Source of the DNA: Hormiphora californensis
Lineage: Eukaryota; Animalia; Ctenophora
NCBI GenBank assembly: GCA_020137815.1
Contig: CM035360.1
Location: 1,612,001-1,676,000 of the forward strand
Direction: 5' to 3'
Length of the DNA stretch: 64,000 nucleotides
Shown: positions 12,801-25,800 of the stretch, in pieces
Position numbering within the stretch: position 1 is the stretch's first letter
How the letters are laid out: each line of letters starts with the position of its first letter
Program-made: the position numbers and the translations under genes
The notes under the pieces: generated by a model
Databases searched by the model: none
The model's input: only the letters and a program-made list of their open reading frames with translations
Told to the model about the DNA's origin: nothing

Positions 12801-15800
12801 TTTTCTAGCTTTATTTATTAGAATTTCAAGTGATATAACATTTCAGATAGTTTGTACCTCGCTTTGGCAGGCGACTCTCTGGATGATATTGTGAAACCCG
12901 AGCTCAAAGGAGAGTGGACGGAGATCAAAAAGGAATGGTTTCCGAGGCCTCACAACAAAGCTTACGACAAGAGAACACCTGGTAAGTTCTCTCATTTCAC
13001 TCTTTTCTTTCTATAATAAGCAGATTTTAGACAATTCACAATCATTTATCGAAAATTAAAATTCCTCAGGGTTATTTAAAGTCGAGTATGAAGGGGAGGC
13101 ATTTATCGGGCTCAACGCAAAGTCTTATTTTTGCAAAGGGGACCAGATAAAATATAGTTCAAAAGGAGTGTCTCATACAAATAATCTCTCGTTTGAAGAC
13201 TACAGATCCGTCTTATTGAAACAACCAGTGAAAGATCAGCTCAATCGAGGATTTAGGATGAAAAAGGGAACAATGCACACATACTCTGTCACAAAATCGG
13301 GTCTTAACCACATTTATGTGAAGAGAAAGGTGCTGGAAGATGGGCTTAGGACGACCTATCTAGACATTTGAGAGCTACATCATTATATTTTAGCATGAAC
13401 GACGACTGATTATACAGCTATCGGGATTTATTTAGATATATATTTTCTAATTTATTTTCGAGAAAGTCATAAAACAACTGATTTTATTTTAAAAGAAATA
13501 TACAAATTTAATTATCATATTCTAGACTTGAAATTAGCGATAGCGTTCTCCCAATAATTTGGAATATATTATAAAAGTCTTTGGAGTGATTTAAAAGTAA
13601 CAGTTTGATTTCTTCTAGGCTTTTGCAATCCACCACTCTGATAAGTTTTCTGCCTTTTGCATTTAGACGCTTTTTCTGGGATACGACTAGAGGTACAGCT
13701 CCATATTTTAAGCCAGTAAAAAGATTTTTAATTGCTTTAAGAAGTTTATTGCTACGTGCAATAGATTTAAAACTTTTCAAATCAATCAGTTGTTGTAGTT
13801 CCAAGTAGTTCCGTATACTTTTAGCATTGATTATTGTATCCGAAAACTCATTAAATTTGGTATCATTAAAGTTGGTCCTGAATTCATCGAGTTGTTTTTC
13901 AAACAAATGAATTCTTTCAAGATGTTGCTTTGATTCATTGAGTTTCGATTTGTATAGTCTCTCGTATTTTCGAGCTTGACTATCTCGTTTCTGGTATAGC
14001 GTCTTAAAGTCAATATCAGTCAATGGATCAAATTTTTTCTCGGATTCTTCCTTTTCATCATCAGTTTCATTCACTTCCTCCTTATCTAGAGACGTCTCGA
14101 TTTCCTCATTGTCATCAACTGAGTCATCACCAACTGGCCCCCACTTTTCATGATCATATTTTTCATGTTGAAGAAGATGATAAACTGTTTCGAATTTCAG
14201 GTCACAAACATTGCAGGAATACATTTTTGCGGAAATAAACTTAATAAAAATAGTTCTCCTTTTATACTCGTCACTGTTCCTCGATCAATTTTACTGTTCG
14301 TCTTTGTTCCTACAAGTCGGACAATTCTCTTCCTCTTCTGGGAACACCTTTTCTATGATATCTTCCACTGTTTCTAGATTTTCTTGCAAAAGTTCACGAA
14401 TCACGATCAAAGATTCGTTATCCTTTATCGCATTTATTAGAAGTTCCTCTTCTGGTGTCAGCTCAATCTCTGAAAAATCTGCATTAATTAGATCATTTTT
14501 GAGACCAAAACACTTCAATAGGCTCGAGTATGTCTTTTCATCTTCACTTTCTGGTGAGTCAATCTCATCATCAGACAATTCAGATAATTCCTCAGGCTCA
14601 GAATCCTGGTCAGACTCTGAATCCTCATTCCGCTTTTTATCATCCAAGCGTAGAGCTTTCAGAAACGATCTTGAATTAGACATGATTGGAAATGATAATC
14701 ATGGAAAACATCCCCCTTTTATAGTGTTCCCGGGTGTTCTCTCTATGTTCCGACGTGTTTTTTTAAAAAGCTCTTTTGTTCCTCGGTGTTCCTCGGTGTT
14801 CCTTTCAGGAACCCTTTGATTCCTTGCTGTTCTTTCGATTACATGTTTATTCCTAGGTGTTTCTAACCGTTCTAACGTGTTCTTATGATGTTCCTGTGTG
14901 TTCCCGTGATGCCTGGAACAAGCGAGAAACACCAGATAACGGTGAATAACAGAGTAGGAACACTAGAAATAGATTGCATCACCAAGGAACTGCTAGGAAC
15001 ACCCATAGAGCATACGGAGAATAGACTAGGAACACTTGGAACGATTTTAAGATTCCTATAATTAACAAGGAATAGCTAGGAATGGCTAGGAACGGCTAAA
15101 ACACAGCCAATGTCGCTTGCCAGCTCTAAGCAGTCATTTTAGGTGGTACTGTACAATCTATGTACTGTAGGAATAGCTAGAATATCAATTATCAGGGGAC
15201 TTATTGTGAAGTTATAGCATTTAAAAAGGTCTCAAATGTGATGATCTAATGCCGCACGGTGGCCGCATGGTCTAAGAGATTGGCTTTTGTTACAAAGGTA
15301 GCGAGTTCAAACCCCGCTGATCCCTTGTCAGCGCTAGTGACGTCACAAAGGTCACACCATGACGTCATAATCACGTGACATCATATGACGTCATGTGATG
15401 TCACGTGATGTCATATGACATCACGTGTGTCACGTGACATGCCCATATTTGGAGGTGACATATTCGAGCGAAAAAGGGGTCCCAACTGTCCACACTATAC
15501 TACTCATTTTGACCAATTTTTCGATGAGTTTTGGTTAGTTTAATGGAGCCCGGTCATGACCCAAAATCTCAGGTCACGCAAAGACAGTGGGACACCCTGT
15601 ATTACCACCATACCATCACGAGTACCAACACCCTCATACTGCACTCAACTCAACCTTATAAGGTCTAAACCCTAAACCCCTCGGCCCTCCTAAACCTCCA
15701 TCTAGACCACATAAACATCACCCCTCAAATCTGAACAGAAATAAATCACGTACATACTCATACACCGTCTTCGTACTAACAACTCTTTCACCCTGAATCC

Positions 15801-17360
15801 TCACTCAGTTTGGTTTGTATGGCTGGTTTGAGGTTTCAGGTTTGCTTACTTGCTTTTTATTATGCAAGTATGTAGTTATGTACATACTATATCTTGGTGA
15901 TTTACTTCTGTTCAGATTTGATGGGTGATGTTTAGGATGGGTTTAGGTGGTTTAGATGGAGGTTTCGGAGGGGTTTGGGGTTTAGACCCTAAAGGGTTGA
16001 GTGTGGCATGAGGGTGTTGGTACTACCAACTTCTCTTGTGATAGAGGTAGTGACAAGATGCAATACGTATTACAACACGTATTCCACTAGGCTGAACCGC
16101 CGATAGAAAAACCTGGCATAAAAGGTTACTTGCACAGTGCACCAGCTGTATCGGTAAGAGCTACATCGGAGCCACATTCCTAGGCCACTGTAATAGGAAT
16201 TGTTGGCCGTTGGTTGACGGTAAGACACAGACCACAGTGATATCTTACGTTTGTATTGCATTAAACTAAACACACACAGTACGTGAAAGGCACACCCCAC
16301 CCAAAGCTAAGCCACTTGAATTCCGTATCGTGATATATGAATCGTGTAATTGAATCGTACATCGGGACAGCTCTAATTGGCAGTACCATACACCCAGATA
16401 TCAAGGATTTTCACAAGTTGGTATGGCTGCATCGAGTTGGTATGGAAGCGTTATAGAGACTTTAATACCCTCCATACCAACTCTCTAAATATAATCTATG
16501 AGTTGGTATGGAGGTCACTGAACCTCACAAAACGCTTCCATACCAACACCCTCCATACCTATGTGGTATGGGGGATGTTGGTATGGAGGTTGTTGGTATG
16601 TAAGTGTGGAACCCTTCGGAAGGGGTAAACAGTTATCTAAGTTATGATTGATCATACTATTAATTTTATGACTTCGGAAGGGGTAAACAGTTATCTAGGT
16701 TATGATTGATCATACTATTAATTACTTCCCTAAGGCGAGACTAATCATATCGGGTTATAAAAGTAATTTGTATTAACTATCAATCGTCTGACAAAGTACG
16801 ATTGTATAGAGGGAAAGATAGAGGGAGATAGAGAAAGATAATTTGAAGGATCACTGCGCTGGCACCTTTCCAGCCAACTAATTTCTGTTAGTTTTTGGCA
16901 TAATAAATAGGGTGGGCGGACTCTAGTGCTAACGGACTCTATATCTAAACCCAAGGAGGACTCTATATCTAACCCTAACCTTTACACTAACCCCTCACCT
17001 CGAACCCAAATAACAGCCCTAACACTTCTAAACGAGTATAGAGGCACAGCAAACTCTCGTTTCCGGCCTAACGGCCGAAATCTCGAGTTCGCTTTTCGTG
17101 ATTTTAGCACTAGAGTCCGCTCACCAATAAATAGATAGGACCTGTAAAGAACTGTTTGACCAATGAAGTAAAGCCATTTCGACAGGTTACAGATTTGTAC
17201 TAAATTGTAATGTGGCTGAATCACCAAATTTAAACCAGAATCTTTGACATCTCGATTTAAAATATCTGCATCAATCATGCAGCATGACGGCCCACTTCAT
17301 TGATGATTTTGATAAATCTGGAAAAAGTTTTTTTTGGTGTGGGTTTCTGCTGGAAAGAAA

Positions 17361-17420
<60 letters not shown>

Positions 17421-20400
17421 AGAGAGAGAAAGAGATGATCTAATTAACTGCCAGGTGCAATTACAAGCTCGCTTCACAATTACAGTATATTGGTATGTAC
17501 TGCTACGATTTTTTTATCTTTCTCTAATCTCTTCTCATCTTTTTATCTTTTTTAATCTTTATCCCTTCCTACCTTGTTCATATATCTCAAAAGTGTTCTT
17601 CACAACTGCGCGATTTTACTAATTTTATATGCGCATCTTACTCTATTACTTTATCAAGAACAGTTCTTGTTCTGGATAACCAGTAACTGGTTATCCTGAG
17701 AGCACTTTAGTTCAGAGATTTCTTTGAGATCGACTTTCTTGAGAACTTTCTTTGAGAACGAAATCTGGTGAAATCACTTAACTACGTGGCATTCACTGCA
17801 GGGAGGTTCCTTGTTAAATCGTCTCAGAAGCCAGATGCTCAGCTATAAGTGCCATTTTCTGTTCGGTTAGTTATAGGTTTATAACAGGAGTTCCCGGTAG
17901 CTTCCCCCTCTCTCTCACTGAGAGTCTCAGCGCTCTTAAATTACAAGTAATCTAAACGCTTTCAATTAAATACATAAAGAGCGAATTTCAATTAGGTAAT
18001 CTTATGCAAATTTAAACGAAGAATTATTATTCTGCTCTTTTTTGCTACTATGTAGTGAAGAAAGTTATTAAATCTACACCAAAGTGTGACACGGTTCAAG
18101 ACACACTTCCCCCTTTTCTGTTCTAAAACACCAGTTAGGCACGTGTTAGATGTGTTATGTAGTCTAGCAACAAGATACCTCTTGAATCATCCATTTCCCA
18201 GGCTTACACGGTCGCTTGTAGTGGGAAAACGGTAATGGAAAACGGAGATACAGTAAGACGACGCGCAACCGTGACCAATCAGGGTGCTGAACACATGTAC
18301 TTTTTGCTGCGCGTTATGCAACGTGTGCGTCTCATTACTGTATTTCCATTACGGTAATACGACTACAAGCAGCACTGTTAGTTATATCTGTAGTCTGTAC
18401 CTGTTTGCCATTGCAGTAAGTTGGTATCCGTAATCCCACCAAGACATCACTTTAGCATTTTCCGGGGTGTTGAACTTTAACCAATTATACGCCTCCCTGT
18501 GTGGGGGATATAGTGATTAGTTTAGGTTGGGGGATATCATGTTTTTAGAGCTATTATGATTCTAGAGCTGGTATGTTTTTAGAGCTATTATGATTCTAGA
18601 GCTATTATGTTTCTAGACTCCTCTGCACAGTGCACATTGCACAGGGGAGTCTAGAAAGTAACAAAAAAAAACATATAATTCTCTATTACCTGAAGTCATC
18701 GAATGGTTACATATAATTCTATATTACCTGAAGTCATCGAATATGATCCTGTTTCCATCATGTCCCCTGGCTGCCAGTACGATTGAGGGGGAAGAGTAAG
18801 CCTCACTAGTAACCCATGTGCAATGGAAAACAAAGGTGGTGAGGAAGATACTGACTACTGTAACGATCACTGTTGCAATCTGCGCGGGGGGGGGGGGGGG
18901 GGGGTCAAGATACTGACTACTGTAACGATCACTGTTGCAATCTGCGGGGGGGGGGGGGGGTCAAGATACTGACTACTGTAACGATCACTGTTGCAATCTG
19001 CGGGGGGGGGGGGGTCAAGATACTGACTACTGTAACGATCACTGTTGCAATCTGCGGGGGGGGGGGGGGGGTCAAGATACTGACTACTGTAACGATCACT
19101 GTTGCAATCTGCGGGGGGATATTAACATAGGGTTCGTAACACAGAAAATTCGTTTTCTTTGGTTTTCGTGTAGGGTAAACGTGTTATGTTCTAACCCTCC
19201 TTTAAATTTGTATTTTCGGGCGGAGCTCGCGAAAAGAGGGTCGATCAGCTAGGCAAGGGTAAGCTGTGTTGCGGGGAGGGGGATCAAGATATACAATTGT
19301 TATGTTGCAATCTCTGCAGGAAGTATTCTAAATTAGGGGATAAAATTGCAGACTGGAGAGTATTATAACTTTGTTGTTGAATTGGGTCATGACTATCCAT
19401 GGTTATTTATCCGGTTAACCCCAATTAAAATCCCAATTAACCCCGGAATTTGCGACTATCATGGTTATCATGGCGGCGGGGTTCGATAGAGCTTTTGAAA
19501 TTATTTAATGAAGGTATAAACCTGAGCCTTTCTTGCAATAAAAACTGTTTTTCCATTAGCATTTACATGATAATGCATTTCATGTTCTCGCTTGACTCAA
19601 GATAAAGATACTCTTGTCGTCTTGATCAAGACTTTTGAGTATCTCGTGTTTAAATCCTTTTAGTATAGGCCCAAGAAGAATAGCATGGTTCCATTAAAAA
19701 CTGAGTTGATATATTATATCATGGTTTTTCAAAAGAAAGATCGTTCGCGTTGAACGGTCGTGACCGATATTGAGAAAAGGGTATAGTGATACTATAGCAT
19801 GGTTCCATTAAAAACTGAGTTGATATATTATATCATGGTTTTTCAAAAGAAAGATCTTTGTACGGACGTGACCGATATTGAGATCTCTGCATTTACCAAA
19901 TTACAGTTTCTTACCAAAAGAAAAATTGCAGAAATGAGGCCCCCGATAATTTACCAAATTTACTTTTCCTGGCCAAAAGTCAAATGTGTCATTCATTTGC
20001 ACGGGGCAATTGTGTTAGCTCAAGCCATGGGGACAAGCAAATTTTGAAAATCTTTACAAACTAATTAATTAATTAACTAAATTATCTTACCTCAGATTTG
20101 ATGGGGTAATCACTAGCTTTCTTTTTACCGCTCTTACTGCTAGGTGCAGCTGGTGTTTCACTTTCAATATTCTTCATGTAAATCGCGAGGGTTGTTGAGA
20201 TTCCTAGAAGAGTCAGGGGGGGTTGTTAGGGGGGGTTGTTAGGGGGGGGGGGGGGGGGTTGTTAGGGGGGGGGGGGTTGTTAGAGGGGGTTGTTAGAGAA
20301 AAGGGGGGTTGTTAGGGGGGGGGGGGTGTTAGAGAAAAGGGGGGTTGTTAGGGAGGGTTGTTAGGTGGTTCTTGAAGAAGGTGGTTGTCAGACAATTGTC

Positions 20401-22740
20401 AGGTGGTTGTCAGGAAGTTGTGAGGAAGTGTTTTATGGGTCGAGTTCTCGGTAAAAATGGTTCTGAGAACTCCCCACAAAAAAATGTCATGCTGCAGTTA
20501 TTTGTTGAATTATAAAGTTTATTAATTTAGTTGCAGTGAAGAGACACAAAATCTGACTTCTCTCTTTTTTGTCATTATATTGTGCACAATTAAATGGCAC
20601 CATTTACATTTAGCATTAAATGTCTGTTTCCTCGAGAGAAACATTATAAATAAATTGCATATCATATTTGATAATTCCTTTATTATCATAATATATATCG
20701 TTCAATTTATCTTATCTCGCGTTGTCACCACTAACAACAAATCATTTCCTCAATTTTGGCTGTTTCAATTAAAATACTTTGACAGAATTCAGGTCACGTG
20801 ACTCTCAAATGAGCAGATCAAAGTCGTTATAAGATTAGATTATACAAACTAACTTTCTTAGTTGTGATAGCTTGATGTTTGGTTGAGTCATCTGACATTG
20901 TACATTTAGTTGTCACTTGTCTTAGTTGCCACTTGTCTTAGTTGCAGGAACCGACCGATTTAAGTAAACAACCAATCAGAACTCGTTATTTAGGCCACGT
21001 GACTGGTTATCAGCCAATCAGGGACCAGTATTTCCTGATTCGGTCGGTTCATGCTTAGTTGTCACGTGTCTGGTCGGTCGTTTGCTTCTGTTAATGTTAG
21101 TTCTTTTTCATGTCATAGTGAAAATGTTAAATTCATAAAGATGTCTTAGAAAAGACTGCCCGCTCCGAAACGGATCGAAAGTACCAAATCAAGTCAAATA
21201 GATCTCACCTATTCCACTCATAATGCACATAATAGGAGCCAGAACGAGCATGAGCCGGACCATGACTCCAGCGAAGTAGATACTTGTTATGGAGTAGAGG
21301 ATCACAAAGATGTTTGCATCAGTCAACTCCCTGCATGGGGGCGGGGTAAATTATATATTGGGGGGGTGGGTAAATTATATGTTAATGATCAGTTAGTAGT
21401 CGGTAGTGGGTCTGCGTTAGATCAAGCTCGCCAGTATTATGGTAAGGTGTTGTTGTAAAATTAAGTGTTCGAGCTATAAAAGTAGCTCATATTGGGCGTT
21501 GGATGATATCACGCTGTGCAGTGAGGGTTCTTAGTAGAGCAGTAGAGCAATAGATTGGTAGTTCATGCCGGTAGTGAACTGCACGTGCGTCAGAGATTAT
21601 CTCTATTTTCATTTCTTTCTGGTCTCTGTGCAGAGCACACGAGAACCGCAGTCAGAGCATTGGCCTGACTGCATTAGGTAGAATTACTTTCGTGATATCT
21701 GAAAATGTATTTTCTTTGATTTGTTTATCAAAGATGATAAATCAAAGAAAATAAGCAGTGATGAATAACTGAGCGTACCTGAAGCAGTAGTAAAGACCAA
21801 CGGGGAACATAAAGACAAGAAGTTGAAGATCAAAGTAGAAGCTAGCCCAAGTGGTGGGTTGATGTTCGGAGACGGATGCGATGATTGGGATGTTGTTCTT
21901 GGCGTAGGATGGATCTAGGAGAGAGTAGAATCTGCCAGTCCAGGGTGCGATCTTTCCCAGGAAAGTAGCCACACCGAATGTGAGACCTGTAGGGGAATTA
22001 CGTGGTTGATATAGCTGCCTAGCTCGACCCCCTAGGAGGGAGGGTTAGAACATAACACGTTGTTAGCTGGTAGCATGCCCTGTCATTATAGAGTTAGCCT
22101 GCAACTGCCCGTTCCAAATATAATGTGACAGTTAAGACCCACTCTTCCGATTGAAACATTACCTAATTCCATTACATGTAAAAAGGTTCCAAAACACTCA
22201 ATAAAACAACCCTTTATTCTTACCTGAATCGAAACTATGACACCTCACAGCCACAACCACCTAACAATAAACTGCACCCAATCATTTCTTACCTGCCGCA
22301 GCTAGAGCAATGGTAACAACAGTCCTGAAAAGCACGTTAAAGTTCGTTGTGCTCATGTTGGCCTGGAGATAGGTGACAAAGGCGTAGATCTGGCACAGGC
22401 CAAACACTCCAAGGGCCGCCATGTGTTCAGAGGTTTCAACGGGGGCGAATCCGACGAAGGGGATTTGCATGGAGAGAATGGTACCCACACTATACATCTG
22501 AAAAGAGATGTAACTATTACATCTGAACCGATATTATGGGGGGGGTTATGGGCTAATTCAGTGAAGACAATTGCGAAAGAGGCAAGTTTTTATAATTATT
22601 AATTTGAAGTAGAGTTAATTGGAGGGTTAATCAGGGAAAGTATGTTTTTTGAGATGGAAACATCGGGTGTAAAATCTAATTCTGGTGGATCATCATGAAA
22701 GGATTTACTCTCACACACACACACACGTCACACACACACA

Positions 22741-22809
<69 letters not shown>

Positions 22810-25800
22810 GTTGCGAAAAATTTCGCCAGTCCTTGGCATCTATAACGTAAAAAGGTTCTAGAAAAAAGATTGAGGAAATCTTACCATACATGTTACTACT
22901 TTATTGGACACGGTGCTCCTGAAGGACGGTCAACCTCGACCAGAGCCCCTAGCCAAACCACCGGTTGTGTGACCTAGAGGGGACCTCTGGGAACCGTGGA
23001 GGCTGGAGCACCGGTTAGAAAAATATATGGCTGGGGCCTTAGCCGGAAAATTGATAGAACGATAGCTATCGTTTTTTTCACTTGAACAATACGACCTTTT
23101 CAAAAAATATTCCTTGATCAGCAAGATATAGTGTACCCCCACCTATTTTTTGACGTAGAATCGAATGCCGTTGAAGTCAAATCTCTAAAATGTTGGAAAA
23201 ATGGTGAAAATAGCGTTTTTAGGTGTTTTTTGGTGAAAAAAGCGTTCAAACTGGTACTAGATGATGAGATACAGTCCCAAAAGTATGACAAATCGCTTTT
23301 TTGGGACCTTTTCGCCCTAGAAGCAGATTTTTATGAAAATCTGGTACAGCGCCTATTCTCCGTATACTTTCAAAGAAGGTGAATATTGGTCTAATTTAGC
23401 CAATTTTGAAGAAAAGTCATCCAAAACAGTACTAGATGATGAGATAGGGTCCCAAAAATATGTCTAAGCAATTTTTTGGGTCTTTTTCGCCCTAGAAATA
23501 AATTTGCATGGCGGTCGGATGATATGTTTCCTCTCGGTAGGCCTCTGAAGTAGGTGGAAATAGCCAAAATATAACGATTGCGGCAAATGAATGTGAATAA
23601 ACGTGTACCAAACCCACTTTAGCATCATGTATGACCTATCTCTGGGCTACTGGACTATGCAAGAGCCATACATGATGCTTAAATGGGTTTGGTACACGTT
23701 TATTCACATTCATTTGCCGCAATCGCTATATTTTGACTATTTCCACCTACTTCACAGGCCTACCGAGAGGAAACATATCATCCGACCGCCATGCAAATTT
23801 GTTTTTAGGACGAAAAAGGCCCAAAAAATCGATTAGTTTTATTTTTGGGACACTATCTCATCATCTAGTGCTGTTTTGGATGACTTTTCTTCAAAATTGG
23901 CTAAATTAGAGCAATATTCACCTTCTTTGAAAGTATACGGAGAATAGGCGCTGTACCAGATTTTCATAAAAATCTGCTTCTAGGGCCAAAAGGTCCCAAA
24001 AAAGCGATTTGTCATACTTTTGGGACTGTATCTCATCATCTAGTACCAGTTTGAACGCTTTTTTCACAAAAAAACACCTAAAAACGCGATTTTCACCATT
24101 TTTCCAACATTTTAGAGATTTGACTTCAACGGCATTCGATTCTACGTCAAAAAATAGGTGGGGGTACACTATATCTTGCTGATCAAGGAATTATTTTTGA
24201 AAAGGTCGTATTGTTCAAGTGAAAAAAACGATAGCTATCGTTCTATCAATTTTCCGGCTAAGGCCCCAGCCATATATTTTTCTAACCGGTGCTCCACGGT
24301 TCCCAGAGGTCCCCTCTAGGTCACACAACCGGTGGTTTGGCTAGGGGCTCTGGTCGAGGTTGACCGTCCTTCAGGAGCACCGTGTGGACCTAATATAAGA
24401 GCTGTACTCCACCCCTATAATTGATTTTCTCTCGTATTCCCGTTCCTTTCTCACTTTTAAAATTCAAGGTGGTCGACGACTTCCGTGGAAGTTCATTTTT
24501 TCTTTTAATGCATTTAATGGATGATGGATGATGCAGCATTCTATTAAAGCAAATGATAAATTGATTTCTCCTGCGGGAATGTTATATTTCAATTAAATTG
24601 ATAGATCCCCTCCTTCTGATATATACATGTTTAGCTCTATAGAGTTCTGGGGAACCATTTCAAAATGATCAATATATTGATCATACTTTTGAAAGGGTAG
24701 GGTATTATCTCTACTTTGATGTATTGTGGGTGGCCGGGTTAAATAGCTAGTTCTGTGGTATACTACCACCTGTTTAATGATAAGGCACCGCTAGCTAGGA
24801 GCATTTAGACTCGACACAAGTTGCATACCATGATAGGGGCATTTAGACTAGAGATAAATATACAGCTCGACGCAAGTTGCATACCACCCTAGTACCATGA
24901 TATATGGTTAAATATCTAGTTCTTATCTGTGGTTTACCATGATAAGGTATCGCCAGCTAGAGGCATTTAGACATCGCCAGCTAGGGGGATTTAGACTAGC
25001 GTTAAATAAAGCTCGACATGAGTTGCATACCACCGCTTGTACCATGATAGAAACCACCCTAGGGTTGAGGGTTAGCTCGTCTCTGGCTGTTGTTCATTCT
25101 GGCCTGTGCTGCTGGCTCCTGATTGGCTCTCACATCAACCAATCAGAGCTGCCGCCCCGCCTGCAGTATTTAAATAGCCGGATTTTCAGTCTACGAACCA
25201 CTTCAACTTCATCATCAAGTCATGCTTCCATCGTATGCCTGTTTGAGCTCTTAGCTTGGTTAGGGCTTTTGTCAACAAGCTATTGGGGAGTGGAGACGGT
25301 CCCTAGCCGATACTTTTTCAAGCTGAATCTAAAGAAATCAATGCCACAGATCACCTAACATGTATTTAACCCTGTCACGGCCGTGCTTGGAGCGCAGTAG
25401 CCGGAGACGAGCTAACCTTCAACCCCACTGTGACTAAATCACCCCTATAACGCTCGCGTTGAGGGATAATTACCTTACTTTGTCGAAACTTTATTGCTCT
25501 GGACTTCAGAGTTTGTCGCATTCTTGGCGTTTATTGTTTCCTGTTTTCCCCGTTTTCTCAGTTCAAACACCACAGTTCGGAGTCTGATCTGGCTAGATTA
25601 CATTGTGTTCAGGAACCGATCGGACCAAGTAAACAACCAATCAGAACTCGTTATTTAGGTCACGTGACTGGTTATCAGCCAATCAGGGACCAGTATTTCC
25701 TGATTCGGTCGGTTCCTGTTACATTGTAATCAATAAACTAACCCAGTTACAGTTGTAGCATGTTGTTATCTCCCTTGGCAACGATGGACTGGGAATATCT

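Larger units (their letters stand above)
5804..15504. mobile_element. Polinton/Maverick-like self-synthesizing element, minimal gene set (9701 bp)
   Basis: Termini AGTAGTATAGTGTGG...CCACACTATACTACT, 308-bp TIRs, 6-bp TSD CATTTT (5798-5803, 15505-15510), internal protein-primed PolB. Confidence 0.93.
4690..15599. mobile_element. Non-autonomous Tc1/mariner-type element, right TIR split by the Polinton-like insertion
   Basis: TA|CAGGGTGTCCCACTGTCTTTG ... CAAAGACAGTGGGACACCCTG|TA; left TIR about 4690-5062 pairs with 5520-5803 plus 15511-15599. Confidence 0.85.
3750..16613. mobile_element. Non-autonomous long-TIR DNA element, Mutator-like by TSD length; outer layer of the nest
   Basis: About 370-bp inverted repeats (3750-4120 vs about 16240-16613); CTTCGGAAG duplicated at 3741-3749 and 16614-16622 (8-10 bp boundary ambiguity); inserted in a short tandem repeat that resumes on both sides. 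Confidence 0.75.

Noticed and set aside
8080-13371. Decayed polymerase pseudogene in many fragments
   Set aside because: All fragments join at GT-AG sites in compatible phases with catalytic motifs intact.
18847-19118. CRISPR-like repeat-spacer pattern and Cys/Gly-rich ORFs
   Set aside because: The spacers are only G-runs and the repeat is the STT3 exon start; no cas genes and a eukaryotic context.
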